A stretch of DNA of 64,000 nt from Mytilus californianus (taxonomy: Eukaryota): positions 25,978,001-26,042,000 of the forward strand of contig NW_026262690.1 of NCBI RefSeq assembly GCF_021869535.1, given 5' to 3'. Shown one piece after another: positions 26,801-39,654 of the stretch (position 1 is the first letter of the stretch; each line of letters starts with the position of its first letter). The notes under the pieces were generated by a model. That model was not told the DNA's origin, did not search any database, and saw nothing but the letters and a program-made list of their open reading frames with translations. A program made the translations under genes and the position numbers.

Positions 26801-29800
26801 GTGGAATGACTGACTATTATTTATGAAACTTTTCTAATGGACCAAAACGTTTCTAGTGTTACCTGGTTCTCAAACTATTGAAAAGTTTTTTTCAAAAATC
26901 ATGTCAGAAGTTGAATACGATAGAACCAATGGGAAGTTAATATAGTTTATTTATAATGCACTGTTGCCTTTCATTATAAACTTACTGTATAGCATCATAT
27001 TATTGCCCGAGTGTCTGTCTAGTATGCATGTTGACAACTTGACAGACAAACCAAAACTCTGGCTAACTTCTCGAGTCATATTTTTGGTCAGTTCACCATA
27101 AACATAACCGGAAGAAGAGTCGTACCCAATCACCAACTGTTTTATACTTGAAAATTTAAACAGGTTGTTTCGATGCTCTGTGGCACTCCAGTTGTTGACA
27201 TTATCAAACAAAGAAGAAAAAACGAAATCTTTTAGAGTCAGTAGAAAGTTTGAGATATAAACATTATCCAACATAAGTGACTTACAATATGTATCATTCG
27301 CAAAACAAAACAACTCGCTTACCCATTCTGTTACACTTAGAAAACAGTTAATATTAGATTCATTAATGCTTTGTATGAAGAGAAGTAGTCCACAAATGTT
27401 TCTAAAATTAGAATATTTTAAATCATTATCCTCAATAGATGGATACAGAAGCCCCGGTGTGGAACTGTTGTAAATTATGAGATGTCGCGAACAAGTATGT
27501 GTGTTGATAAAAGTTCTGCAAGTTTCAGTTGTTTCTTGTTTCAAAGGTAAACCCATCACTTCCGCTGAGGAGAGAGCGTTATACAAGCGTGACATTTCAG
27601 TCCCAGAAAAATCAGTAAAGTTTCTGATGTTATTAATCACAATTTTCTGTTCATTATTATTTATACCTATCCAGCGACCAAAGGAAATGTTTTGAACTAA
27701 ATGATCCACAATATTTTCTGTATTTGCAGTGTTGTTTAACAATCCTAGCAAAGAAAACACATTCTCAGAAATATTTGTTTGAAGTACACTTAGTTCTGCT
27801 ATTTTCGAATTGATCCATTCCGGAATGTTTCCTAAGAGATAATCCTCAGAGCTTTTAAACGTTCCAATTTCTTCTATTTTATCTGTGTCGAGCATTATTA
27901 TCTAAAAAACACAATTGATGTAAAAATCATTTAAGAGTGAATTATTTACTGCAATTGTTCAATCGTATTCTTTATATTTTGAATTATAAAAATTTGACTA
28001 TCGAGTATTCTACCTAATTAGTTCATTGAAACGAGTATTTCTTTTACTGAAATGTCTTTAATAGTTACATGTGTATGATAGTATAATATCAAGATTTCGT
28101 TATTGCCAAAAACTTGCAACAAATATTAAGAAATTGCGTCCAAATAAGGCCCAATAAGTAATTATATAACGATGTTTAAGCTGGGACATAACCTATTGAT
28201 ATATCAAGTAGTATACTATTCCTAGGTTCAAGCGAATGAAATAGCTTGACCTGTCAAACGTTGAATCAAACTTTAAAGAAATTTGTATATTTCCAGTAAA
28301 TTTGAATCTTGCGCATAGCCATGCAAGGAATTAATATTGGTATAGAACGATATTTTTGTGATATGGGTTTCCAATTTCAATTCAGAAATAACATTTTTAT
28401 ATAAACAATCTATTTATTGTTAGGGATGAGGGATGGATAAATACCCTGCCACGCCAGGTCTGTGTTTATGTTTGATGTTCTTCTGCTTTGTATTGATCTG
28501 ATGAGTTAAGCCTTTTCAACTGATTTTTATAGTTTGTTTTCATGTCATATTTGTTTATCGTTTTTATTTCATAAATTATGCCGTTAGTTTTCTCAATTGA
28601 ATTGTTTCATATTTTTCATGTCGAGGCCTTTTATAGCCGACTGTACAGTATGGGGTTTTCTCACTGTTGAAGGCCGTACGGTTGCCTATACATCCACTTT
28701 ATTTGAACTTTGGTGGATAGTTGTCTCATTTGCAATCATACCTCATCTCTTTATTTTCGTATATATTGGTATTTTTAGACTCGCTTGACATATTGTATTG
28801 ACATCTAGTCTTAAAGGCTATAGAGATGACTTTTGGTTATGTGTGCCTTTGAGTTACTATCGCATTGACAGATACCCCATACCCCCTTAGGCAATATATA
28901 TATAGAGATAATTGTTGTAAGCAATTGCGAAGATTCATAATCAGAAACCACTTACACAAAGCAACTGTTTACGGGTACGATGGTCACAAGGGACTAAGCT
29001 ACAATTTGTAAATGATCACACGGGACTATAAGCGACATTTTAAACCATATCCGTACAACTTAAGCTTTTATATATCATCAATTATTTACTAATTAAGTGG
29101 ACTACATGAATAGATTTTCAACTGATTTCAATCGGTGTCAATGAAGATGATACAAGTACATATACACTTCTTACCAACCTTATGTACAGAGATTCATTTC
29201 TTGTTACCAACCTCATAAACATAATTTTGCTTTCTTGAAATTGATTTTCAGACACAAAATGATCGCATATCAACGTCATTCTGCTAATTAGGCACTCCGT
29301 TCGTTGATTTGAAATAGTGCATGGGTTCATTGAGAGTTTATCTGCAGGATTGTATTTCATGTTTATCTCTCTCATTTCAATAATACAGTATGCCACATGA
29401 GTCTCTATCTTTTTCTTAATGACTTCATAAAATCCAACGAAATAAAAATAAGTATCACAATACAATCACTCCTTCTTGTTTTATTAATATTTAAAAAAAA
29501 ACAGCCCCCGGGTATTCATAGATTAGATAAATTTTGCAAAACAATATTTTAAGAATTCCCTCAAAATTTGACATTCATTTTCTCTCTATAACTAGAATCG
29601 TTTAATTTTAATGATAAGAGTGACGATAAACATTTCTCTTACACTTTATTGCAATACATGGTAAGATGCATCTATGGGGATTTCTCTTATTTCGGGATCA
29701 CTTTGGGTTATGAGACACTTGTGTATCATTAAATGGATGATGTGAATTTCTCCATGAGTTGGTCATACATATCAAAACTGCTAAACTTTATTTTACAAAT

Positions 29801-32535
29801 TTATTAAGGTTTGTATACGACCACTAAAGTGTGGTGAATTTTGATACAAACTCACCTCGTCACCACTTTTACAGTTTACGCCACATTCCTGCTGCGTTTT
29901 ATCTTCATCAAAGTTAAATGATATTAAGTATTTGAAAGAAACATATCCGTCCCTGAAAACAACATTCACTTTTCTTGCCGTCTTTTTATAGATGTAAGGA
30001 CCACATTTTTCCAGCTAAAACATTAAGAGTAAAAAAGTATTACTATGGTCCATTCAAATTTCATTCATTTGTTTATTTAGACTATCCAACGAACTGACCA
30101 TATTTACGATAAGCAATGAAATGAAAAAAACCTGAATGCTGTATAGTTAAAATAAAAAGTGCAATTACAATTGTATGATTTTATATCTATTCTACTAATT
30201 AAAAATTTATGTTTTTCCATGAGCTAAATAGAAGAAACTTGTATTCTGGTGGTAACAATTAATGGTACTGTTTGATATACATTGGAATTACTGTTGCTTA
30301 TTATTGGAAACATTGAAAGGAGGAACTTGCATTCCTCGTTTTAATCTAATTTTTAATAAAGATCCAAACGAAATTAATAAGATAATTAGAAGTGACATGT
30401 ACCGTCTTATTTTTGTAAAACAAAACCAACACAAAACAACACCTGTTATTTGGCGGCGACTAAGACATGATTAAAGCTCGATGTGTCAATATCTATTCCC
30501 TTCTTAAAATTTTCCTTTTATCTTAGATATATTGTTTTTGTTTAATTGAAAAGGGCTTTTTATGTAAGATTTATTTATCTTGCGCCAATTACTAATCAAA
30601 AGAAATTAAAAAAACATGTCATAAAACATAACATAAAACCAAGAACTACAATGAAATTATTAACCATGCTTGATGAGGCCGCATGTCCTTGATCATAATC
30701 CGTAAGAACAGGGTTAATTGTTTTATTTGACTCCTCAGGTTGTTAGTTTGATGTCGCGGATTTCTGATATTCTGCCAAAAAATTAATATAGAACAGAAGA
30801 CGAAGATTAGTTACTTACATTCGCAACGTGACTTCGATAAATAATATAATATGAACAAAACAATAATTTATAAGGACGTGTGAAAGTTTAGATGTTTAAT
30901 AAGTTTCGATTCATAGTATAAAATTCTCCATAAACCATGACTGGTAGAAACTGTCGACTTTATATCATTTGGCAGTTGTTTTTCACTTGTTCTGTTGATT
31001 GACAGCGTTTGATTTGTCAGCTTTTATGGACTTCCCTATTTTGAATTTGCCTTGGAGTTCGGTATTTTTGTTTTTGTTTTTTTTGTCAATACACTATAGC
31101 CCATAACAACATTGTAAACACAATGGTTTCATTCGGAGTATCGTAAATGCTGGTGATTTTTTTAAGTATATTTTTAAATGAAGATAGAAACAGTTTTATA
31201 GATGTATGAATAGTTTAATGCAATCAAGTATTGGGTACTTATCTAACCGTTGTATTTTTATATCATTTGTATTCTAACACACTCTATAAGTAGGTACTTT
31301 TATACGTAGAATACATAAACAATGAACGGGATTATGGCCAGGGCAAGATGAATATATTAGTTGACAAATTTAAACTGCAAAAGAGAAAACTTCATCATTA
31401 CAAGTAAGGACCCTTTGTTCGATAGCTTCCTTAAAAAGAGTTTATTTCCTCAATCTCAAGGAAATTATGATAAGAAAAGTAAGCCCTAGAGTATCGTTTC
31501 ACTTCGGAAATATATACTCTATCTTCAGGTGCTGTTTGAGTGTATAGCCACATAGAAAGGGTGAAGTGTGACTTAGATAAAAATCCTGTAGTTTAAAAAA
31601 TCAAATTAGAACAAATCAACATTATAGTTCTTATATAGTTGATAAACCTTCTCATTTTCGTATACCCGGCATCTCCTCTTATCAACATACAAAGAACAAT
31701 AGAACAGCTATCTCCAAATGTACTGAAATATTTTTGTATACGTATTAAAGGTAGGTTTATCATTCCATGATATGATGGTTAATGCAAAATTATAGCATTC
31801 AATAATTCAGAATGTGAGTCTTTCAGAAATTTACATTATTTAAGGATAAAGCATGATATTACATTTAATGAAATAAACAAGCAATAAACTATGTCCGTTA
31901 TTAAACATGTATTAATTTAAAATATATATAACTACTTACATGAGGAACAGCACCACTCATTAAAACATTTTGTTGATTTGTAATATTCCAAAAATATAAT
32001 GTTTCATACCGAATCCATTGTTCATCAAATTCCTATAAGAAATGAAAAATCTGTTATTTCAAAAGATATTTTTTTTTATTAAAATCCACAAATCATACTT
32101 GCATTACCATCTACTTAGTAGTCAATTCATTATAGTAATTGTTTATTTGTGTTTTTCTTATTTTCCTTTCTATTTTATTCTTGGAGGGAATACTAAAAGA
32201 CAACATTTATCTGTAACCTGTCAATTAATCAAACTTCAATAATAAAATGAAAATGCAAAAATATAACAGTCACTATCAAAGACATTTTCTTTAAAATTAA
32301 GTTTCCTTACCCATTGATTATAATGTGAATATTCTTCGCTAACAACACAATGGTCTTCTTTTATTCTATCCTCTACGAATCCCGGGAATTTTAGTCCCAC
32401 AATAAGTCCAATAGAAAGCACTATAAAGGCCACAATAATTACACCAATTCCTAGTATTCTAGACGATATAGGCGTTGTTTTTGCATTTTGCTCCAACGAC
32501 TCTTTTGCTTCTATCCAAAAACTACGATTTGGCAT
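20650..32535 (-). CDS. CD36/SR-B (scavenger receptor class B / LIMP-2 family) two-TM glycoprotein, spliced gene, at least ~680 aa
   Basis: Hand-assembled GT-AG exons with consistent phases: 32311-32535, 31940-32032, 29856-30014, 26986-27901, 25835-26047, [unresolved, 23390-25834], 23323-23389, 22524-22718, 20650-20817. Family-like motifs occur in the expected order: N-terminal TM, LYFWNITN, CGPYIYKK..KVNV, LFKFSSIKQLVIGY, FSEEFACAVYF..ITEYSGIDLFKY, IDIEPLSG, C-terminal TM. Family assignment is from remembered CD36/LIMP-2 motifs. Confidence 0.9.
21380..22010 (-). mobile_element. Degraded CR1/L2-like LINE RT C-terminal fragment in the last CD36-like intron
   Basis: DIQLLHVDLRALEESDNRLQMNFNLSTC resembles LQxDLxxLxxWxxxWQMxFNxxKC; NNYTDRTPGCVT follows further downstream. 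Confidence 0.7.
22524..22718 (-). CDS. CD36-like penultimate exon (IDIEPLSGKIWRK...KFKTR)
   Basis: Acceptor gtatttcag, donor CGC|GTAAGT, 195 nt open, phase 0-0; LDIEPxTG hallmark. Confidence 0.92.
23323..23389 (-). CDS. CD36-like small exon (FKYVTYSISTKTEFGQEHISVG)
   Basis: Acceptor tttttcctccag, donor GGT|GTAAGA; joins in frame to IDIEP. The incoming phase depends on the unresolved upstream exon. Confidence 0.65.
25835..26047 (-). CDS. CD36-like exon 5 (NYQDSD...FSEEFACAVYFKQKGITEYSGIDLFKYIS)
   Basis: Acceptor ttttatattccag, donor CAG|GTAAGG, 213 nt, phase 1-1; resembles CD36 FSSDICRSIYAVF...GIPVYRF. Confidence 0.8.
26986..27901 (-). CDS. CD36-like exon 4, 916 nt, containing the expanded apical region
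   Basis: This is the 314-aa ORF of the track trimmed to splice sites: acceptor gttttttag|ATA ATA ATG (phase 0) and donor TAC A|GTAAGT (phase 1). It has nine N-X-S/T sequons and an LFKFSSIKQLVIGY motif near its end. Confidence 0.88.
29856..30014 (-). CDS. CD36-like exon 3 (LEKCGPYIYKKTARKVNVVFRDGYVSFKYLISFNFDEDK...SGDE)
   Basis: Acceptor aatgttttag, donor GAG|GTGAGT, 159 nt, phase 0-0; hallmark GPYxY motif. Confidence 0.93.
31940..32032 (-). CDS. CD36-like exon 2 (EFDEQWIRYETLYFWNITNQQNVLMSGAVPH)
   Basis: Acceptor tttcttatag, donor GTAAGT, 93 nt, phase 0-0; matches the FYxFNxTN motif. Confidence 0.92.
32311..32535 (-). CDS. CD36-like exon 1: cytoplasmic N-tail plus TM1 (MPNRSFW...ILGIGVIIVAFIVLSIGLIVGL...HYNQW)
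   Basis: 75 codons; hydrophobic 22-aa stretch; donor TGG|GTAAGG, phase 0. Confidence 0.88.
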
Positions 32536-33779
32536 TTTAAAGGTCCATTCCGAATTTCAAAAAAACAAAATGTCAGGAAACAAAATTTTATATGGAACGA
32601 TTTTTTCCGTTTAACTAAAACATCTGCTAAAAGTGTATTTATATATTATGTACCTGTCATGTATACACGGTTCTTGTCATATTATATGCCTTCGGTTGTA
32701 ATTTGATGATTAGCAGACGTAAATCCGATTGCTTCAGAACAAACTGTTAATGATTTGTGTAGTCGATTTTACAATAATAAATTCCAAAGGACAGACTCTA
32801 ATCGACATCTTTATGCTCGTTTTCCATCTTCAGTGCGTGTTTTAATCTAGAACAGTTTCTTTGAAGCGTCATTAAGATTCTTGCTTCTAAGTTCAATTAT
32901 TTCATAAAACTCCAATAAGACACATTCAATCGTAATATTATGGCAGTGTACTTGAAATCTATAGGTTGATTCTATTGGCTCATAATTTTGTTTGCTTTCT
33001 AAATACAATTTACTTCAAATTGTTATGTTTCATGTGAATTTATATACCAAGATTATGAATGTTTAATTCAATTTCAGACAAGTTGAAGTTGACCATTATT
33101 AAATCCGGATGTATATGGGTGGATACTTAAAATAAATACCGTGTTAACAATGGTTCACGACAAAACAGCTCCAAATCCACTAATCTTAAAAGTGGCACGA
33201 TCAAAATCATAATCATAATTAATCAAGGAATTCTTAGTTCTGCGTGTTTGTACTCAATTGTAAGGATATCATTTTCTGGCAGTTTTATTGTGTACTTTGT
33301 TTTGTTTATGGTATGGATATCATATTCTGAAAATTAATAGGTTATTAATAGAATTGAGAAAAAAACGGGGAATGTGACAGAAAGACAACAACCCGACCTA
33401 ATGGGAGAAAACAGCCCAAGACCACCAATGGGATATCATATTGATATTCTGGAAATAAAAAACAATTTATGATGTTCTATATTTTTTTATTGTAGGGATA
33501 CCAGTTTCTGAAAATGTAACAGAATTGTATGATATTCTATGTTAAGGTTATTGTAGGAATATCACCTGAAAATGTAGCACAGGTCTATATGTCTTGATAG
33601 CTCGTCCCGAAATTGGTTTCCGTTCTCTAACTTTAGTTTGCCTCAACCAAATATGGTGAAACTTATACACAACGCTAATTATCACAAAACACAGATCAAG
33701 TTTGAATTGATAAGGTTATATGCAAGCGGGGTCATCATCTGTGTCACATGGACACATTCACCATTTATTCATTATCACA

Positions 33780-35490
33780 TGAAATGAAGCACAGTTGATT
33801 GATGTTCTATGTTTTAATTATTGTCACATAAAATATAGCACGGTAGTTGCATGCTCTATGTTTTGGTTATTGTCACATACAAAAATACACAGTGGTCATA
33901 AGTTTTGGTTATTGTCACATAATATGTAGCACTGTGGTTGGATGTTCTATGTTTTTGTAATTGTCACATAAAATGTAGCACTGTGGTTGGATGTTCTATG
34001 TTTTGGTAATTGTCACATAAAATGTAGCACTTTGGTTGGATGTTCTATGTTTTGGTAATTGTCACATAAAATGTAGCACTCTGGTTGGATGTTCTATGTT
34101 TTGGGAATTGTCACATAAAATGTAGCATATTTGTCTGAAGTTCTATTTTGGGTCATTATTACATAAAATGTAGCACACTAGATTGATGTTCTTTATTGTT
34201 GTTATAGTCACACACAATAATACATAGTGGTTAATGTTATAAGTCGGTTATTGGCACATAAAATGAAGCACAAATATACCAAAACTTATAACATCAATCA
34301 CTGTGAATTATTGTGTGTGACAATAACCAAAATAAAGAACGTCAGATAACTGTGCTACATTTTATGTGATAATTACCGAATTAGACTTATTATCGGGTTT
34401 GTATTAACATGAGCAACACGACGGGTGCCACATGTGGAGCAGGATCTGCTTACCCTTCCGGAGCACCTGAGATCACCCACAGTTTTTGGTGGGGTTCGTG
34501 TTGCTCAGTCTTTAGTTTTCGATGTTGTGTTTTGTGTACTATTGTTTGTCTATTTGTCTTTTTCTTTTTCAGCCATGACGTTGTCAGTTTATTTCCGACT
34601 TATGAGTTTGAATGTCCCTTTGGTATCTTTCGTCCCTCTTTTACCAAAATATAGAATATCCAACCACAGTGTTACATTTTATGTTTTATGTTTTGGTTAT
34701 TGTCACAAAAAATGTAGCAAAGTGACAGTGGTTAAATGATCAACATTTTGGCTATTGCCACACGAAATGTAGCACGGGAGTTTGTTGTTATATATTTTGG
34801 TCATTATAACAATAATTTGATGTTTTATGTTTTGATCAAAATTGAATAGAATGTAGCACATTGGTTTGATGTTTGATGTTTTGGTTATTGTAAAAAAAAA
34901 ACCAGAGTGGTATGACGTTCTTATTTCGGTTATTGTCACATAAAATGATGCACAGTGATTGATGTTATAAGTTTTGGTTATTGTCGTATAAAACGAAGCA
35001 TAGTAGTATGATGTTCTATGTTTTGATTATTGTCACATTAAATGTAGCACAGTTATTTGATGTTCATTGTTTCGGGATATTGTCATATGAAATGTAGCAC
35101 TGTGGTTTGAAGTTCTATTTTTTGTTATCATCACATGAAACGTAGCACAGTTGTTGGATGTTCTATGTTTTGATTATTATCACATAAAATGAAGCACAGT
35201 TGATTGATGCTCTATGTTTTGGTAAAACATTAAATAAAGTGATTTGATGTTCTATGTTTTGGTTATTATGACATAAAATAAAGCACATTGGATTGATGTT
35301 CTATATTTTGGTTATTATCAAAGCGATTTGATGTTCTATGTTATCGTTTTTATCAAAGCGATTTGATGTTCTATGTTTTGGTTATAGTCACATAAAATTT
35401 AGCGCAGTAGTTTGATGTTCTTTGTATTGGTTATTATTACATTTAATGAAGCACATTGGGTAGGGTTTTCTATGTTTTGGTTATTGTAAC
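33780..35490. repeat. Degenerate ~49-bp minisatellite with an internal inversion and an insertion
   Basis: Unit ~gatgttctatgttttggtaattgtcacataaaatgtagcactgtggttg (ttgtcacata at 33961 and 34010). More decayed units extend to ~33280. Confidence 0.93.
34375..34641 (+). mobile_element. High-copy ~270-320 bp interspersed repeat (atgagcaacacgacggg...ggtatctttcg family)
   Basis: Other copies at ~5410-5715 (+), 7375-7620 (-), 49755-49995 (-) and 57135-57540 (-). It is the source of several recurrent spurious ORFs in the track. Confidence 0.9.
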
Positions 35491-35995
35491 ACTATAATCA
35501 TCGTAATATTTTGAAGTTAAATACTATGTTACAACCTAGAGGAAAGAGAAAAATTTTGAATAAACAGTAAATAATGACAAACGCGTTCTGATAACGAATA
35601 TAATAATCTGATTATCAACACGTTTTGATACGTTTCATCAGATAGTACTATATGTCTCTTGTTTCATTGAAATCCAATAGGGATGCAAGAGGAGCCCAAA
35701 CTGTTTTACTATGTGGGGTGATTGGTTTAACCATGGAAGTATTATATTTGCAATATATTACTTCATGTGTTTGTACCTATTTTTGAGAAAAAGACCGCTT
35801 TTAAAGTGTACGGGAATTATATCTTAAAGTCTATAGTAGATTCCTTTCGTCATAACGGCCGACAATAACAAAATCCGACACATTCAATTTCAAGTAGATA
35901 AAACAAACACAAAAATAAGAGGGTATTTACATAGGGGAATCATACCATGTCCACTTATTTTTATATGGAAAGTTGTGTACTTCACAATTCATCCA

Positions 35996-36258
35996 GGGGA
36001 CCTAGGTGGCCAAGTGTTCTAAAAAGATCATCTATTGTTTTACTAGCCTGTCAACACAGAGGTCGGGAGTATGAACCCCGCACGTGGCATGTGCGTTAGA
36101 TTCCAATCTTAACGGACTAGGATAGTCGGTTTTCCTGCCGAAGGTATGTGGTTCTCTCTAAGCACACAGGTTTCCTGTACCAATAGAAACTGAATGCCAA
36201 AAATAACAAAGAATTGTTCTGAAAAGGACATTAAACACCAACAATCAATCAATCAATC
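35996..36258 (+). mobile_element. tRNA-headed SINE with a V-domain-like core and (aatc)n tail
   Basis: Decayed A/B boxes (ggtggccaagtgt; gagtatgaacccc), core gtggttctctc...ggtttcct, tail ttaaacaccaacaatcaatcaatc. A split copy lies at ~9905-9990 plus 10515-10550. Confidence 0.65.
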
Positions 36259-36499
36259 ACAAATCATACAGATAGAATTGATCGGAGTCCATAATACCAT
36301 TTTATCAGCAATAAAAAAAGATTATGAAGACTTTTGAATTTTATCGCAATGTAGAAACCAAAAAATTCTGCAAAATAAATTATGTACTACAAAACTAACC
36401 TCTATTTTCATTGCGTTATATTGATATTGATTTTTTTAAATAGTTTTATGAGAAATGAAAATTATTTTTGGATTATATAATGAAAGGAAATCACCAATT

Positions 36500-37640
36500 A
36501 AGTTAAAGGATATTGCCAGCTTCTTTTCATTTTTCGTGAGAAGCTTCTATATGAAGTCTGTCTTATAAGAAGAAAGGAACAATTCTGCAAAAAGAGGGAC
36601 ACAGTTGTTCAGGAAAGCCTATTTTCTATTGAAAAACTCGTCCTCCAAACGCTAAAAATATGTTGCCAATAAAACAAAATCCAGCCTTTTAATGATTCCT
36701 TTTTTCCAGTGAACTCGAATCAGGGTGGTTCTTTACAAAATATGATTTGTCTCAACCCAAAACAAGATATTTGAATCTGTGTTTGCCATTCTGTTTTATG
36801 AAGCAAAGTTGAATTAATCCTTCAATCTTTCTTTAAGTTTAGAATGAGGATACAAGTGTAAAGAGTAGAAAAGTAAACTGTTTTTCATTCTCATACTTAT
36901 GCATTACGAGAGGGAACTTATATTGAAAGAATACTAAAATATCTTTTGATTTTTTTAGCATTCATATCTGATTCCTACCACCACTAGAGTAGGTTGTTTT
37001 ACAGTAACTCTGAAATCCAGTTTTGATCGCTGTTCAATACCTGTTAATAATTTGGAAAGAGGTTTCGTAATGCTTTGGCAGAACTAGCAATATAACATTG
37101 TTTTAATGACACTTATGTAATATGGGTATCCAGTAGAGTGACGAAAGATCTACTTCTTCATATCTGGTTGAAAGTGAAAAATATTAGACAGGCGTATGAT
37201 TATTCAGGATTTCATCTTTTGTAGGTTTCGTGTGAGTATATGTTGGGGTTTCAAGAAAATTATCAACACCTTAATCCTTTATCAAGCAGTTAATATAATC
37301 TTTTTTCAAACAAAAACGATATTTTGGGGTTTTTGTCTGAACTTCACAATACTTCACTTAATATAATTATGACGAGTGATTTGAAATTATTCACCTGTTT
37401 TCTTTCAGGATTTTCCTTGTCACCTTTTCCTTGAAATATCATGTTGATGACATAATATTGATTGTTTACTTGTAGTCTTAGTCGGGTTTTGAATTACAAA
37501 GTTGTATATAACGTTACACCAGATTAAATGTAAAATATTGACTAATCGTAATTTCTTTCCTTTCAAATCGATGAAGATTGAGATGCTTAAGTGACATTCG
37601 AGCACTGCCGAGATAAAGAACAGCAATGAAAGCAATGTCC
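36500..37640 (-). mobile_element. Degraded Penelope-like element reverse transcriptase
   Basis: Motif remnants SLYWIPILHKC (~37110-37150), FSTLYTCI (~36850-36880) and IGFP..NCVPLFAELF (~36570-36630); many stops and frameshifts. Confidence 0.8.
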
Positions 37641-38924
37641 CATACTTTATTATTCCAATAGTATTTCATTGGGTTTTGGTCTCATGCAGGACATATTCTT
37701 TTTCTTTTCAATTAGTTTCCCAGTTATTTTTTCCGTTGCTATTTGTATACAGTAAAACCTTTTTCATGGTTTAACAACTTCATCAATTTTTATTTTAAGT
37801 TAATAAAGTCAAGTGATTAAACACCTTTGGATTTATTGTTCCCAATCCATTATGAAGAAATATGTTATTCACAGATGAAAATATGTACTTTTATACTGCC
37901 AAAATCTGCAATGAAATTTTATTAAAAAGAAAATGTATTTTATATAGCTAATTTTAGTGTAAATAATGTATATACATTTTAGATAGTCTCTCATAACTCT
38001 TTTATAGTGGCTCTTGTATGTTTTATGATGTTGTTTTATTAACTATTTGTATGTTTTATATAATGAAGAGGTGAGACTTAAATAAAATATTGTCTTGTCT
38101 TGTCAATAAACACCCGACACCCAGAACATACAAACAAATACAAACAACAACGAGAAACACATGATCTAGATAGTATGACTTGGTACAAGCACACAACGTA
38201 GTGGCAATTTTCCGTGTGCATGTGTTTTATTGTAATTCAAAAATATTTAAATTATTTCAAAGAAAACTCAAAAGGACCATGTTAATTGAGAAAAAAAAAA
38301 AAAAACTAAGACAAGAATAACTTCTTGTATGTTTTATTGGTTATACATGCTGTTGGACACTGAATATTTATACATTTATGTTTACACAAAATCATCAAGC
38401 AAAACTTTTCTTTTATCATTTATGACGTTCAATGTACATTGACTGTACGTTTAGTGAACCAAAGAACAAATAAGAGACATTCAAAACCAATTAGTCTATT
38501 GGTAAAATAAATTTAAATAGAAACATTAATTGTGAATTCTCATCATGCTTTATGAAAACAAACGCTTTCAACAGCTGAAGTGTAATACGTTCTCCTCCTG
38601 TATATAAACGTGTTTCAGTTTAATAAATGCATGCATATTATAAGATTATCTCACTTCAACAAGTAGAAATTGTTCATGGATAACAAGACAAAACATTGTT
38701 TACTTCAATTAGCGAGGATTTTTTTTTATCATATTGATGTATTGCAACAGTGTTCATTGTCATTGTAAATATTTGCTTTTGTAATTATCTCTTAATTTTG
38801 ATATAAAGCTGTTGTACAAGTGTCAGGACAGATAGATAATCAGATAAAAAAAACATAAAATATTTCAATTAAAGAAACACAGCCCTGTTAGTCTGATACA
38901 GATAAAGGCTTATGATTTCTACGT

Positions 38925-39190
38925 CTAGCGCTGAAGATATTACGTCAAGCGCTAGAGATGTACACTCAAGAGCTGAAGATATAAATAACATCTGGCTATA
39001 CAGATGGTCTCCAGCGCGGAAGATGTAATGTATAGCGCTGCAAATGTAAAGTCCAGCACTCAAGATGTAGAGTATTGCGCTATAGATGTAAACACCAGCA
39101 CTGAAGATTTAAATCTCAACGCTGGAGATATAAAGTTCAGTTCTAGAGATCTAATCATAAGCGCTGATGATTTTATTCCAACGCTGGAAA
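38925..39190 (+). repeat. Degenerate 21-bp periodic repeat (agcgctgaagatgtaaagtcc-like)
   Basis: agcgct/agcact-gaagat recurs every 21 nt; one frame translates as SAEDVxx heptads. Confidence 0.75.
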
Positions 39191-39654
39191 CTCAAATGAA
39201 TTAGCGGTATGATTACAAGTCCAACAACTAACATATAACCCTTTTATCCCCAAATGTCATGAAAGTTTCATAAATCATAGTCCTTCGGTTGGCTAAAATT
39301 ATTATTTAATTCTTACCATGGCATATAAAGATGTGTGAATATAAGTCAATCAAACAGAGAGAGAAAAAAAACAAACTCCAAGGTAAATAAAAAAAAAATG
39401 GAGAAGTCCATAAAACTTGACAAAACCAAACGCTCTACTATATCAACTCACAGACTACGCATTTTACGAAGAAAATGGCAGGTGTGTTAAACCTGGTTTT
39501 GTAGCTAGTTAAATCTCCCACTTGTATCAAATGACACTAAAATCCAGAAGACACCACAGGGTCTTTAGCAATTTACAAATGTAAGCAAGCGGTTAATCGC
39601 CCAGAGTCTAGAACTTTTTGGAACATTAAGTTTTGGATTTTCAAATATTTAGTC

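Noticed and set aside
26951-27895. Stand-alone 314-aa gene
   Set aside because: It is bounded by a strong acceptor and a GTAAGT donor and joins in frame to flanking CD36-like exons; it is an internal exon.
29118-29465. 115-aa ORF in the CD36-like intron as an extra exon
   Set aside because: Its acceptor is phase 1 whereas the flanking exons join in phase 0; no family motif.
34409-34739. ORFs [18 protein letters not shown]... and MPHVEQDLLTLPEHL... (also at 5528-5843, 7301-7591, 57197-57494)
   Set aside because: Chance ORFs within a high-copy interspersed repeat; different frames are open in different copies.
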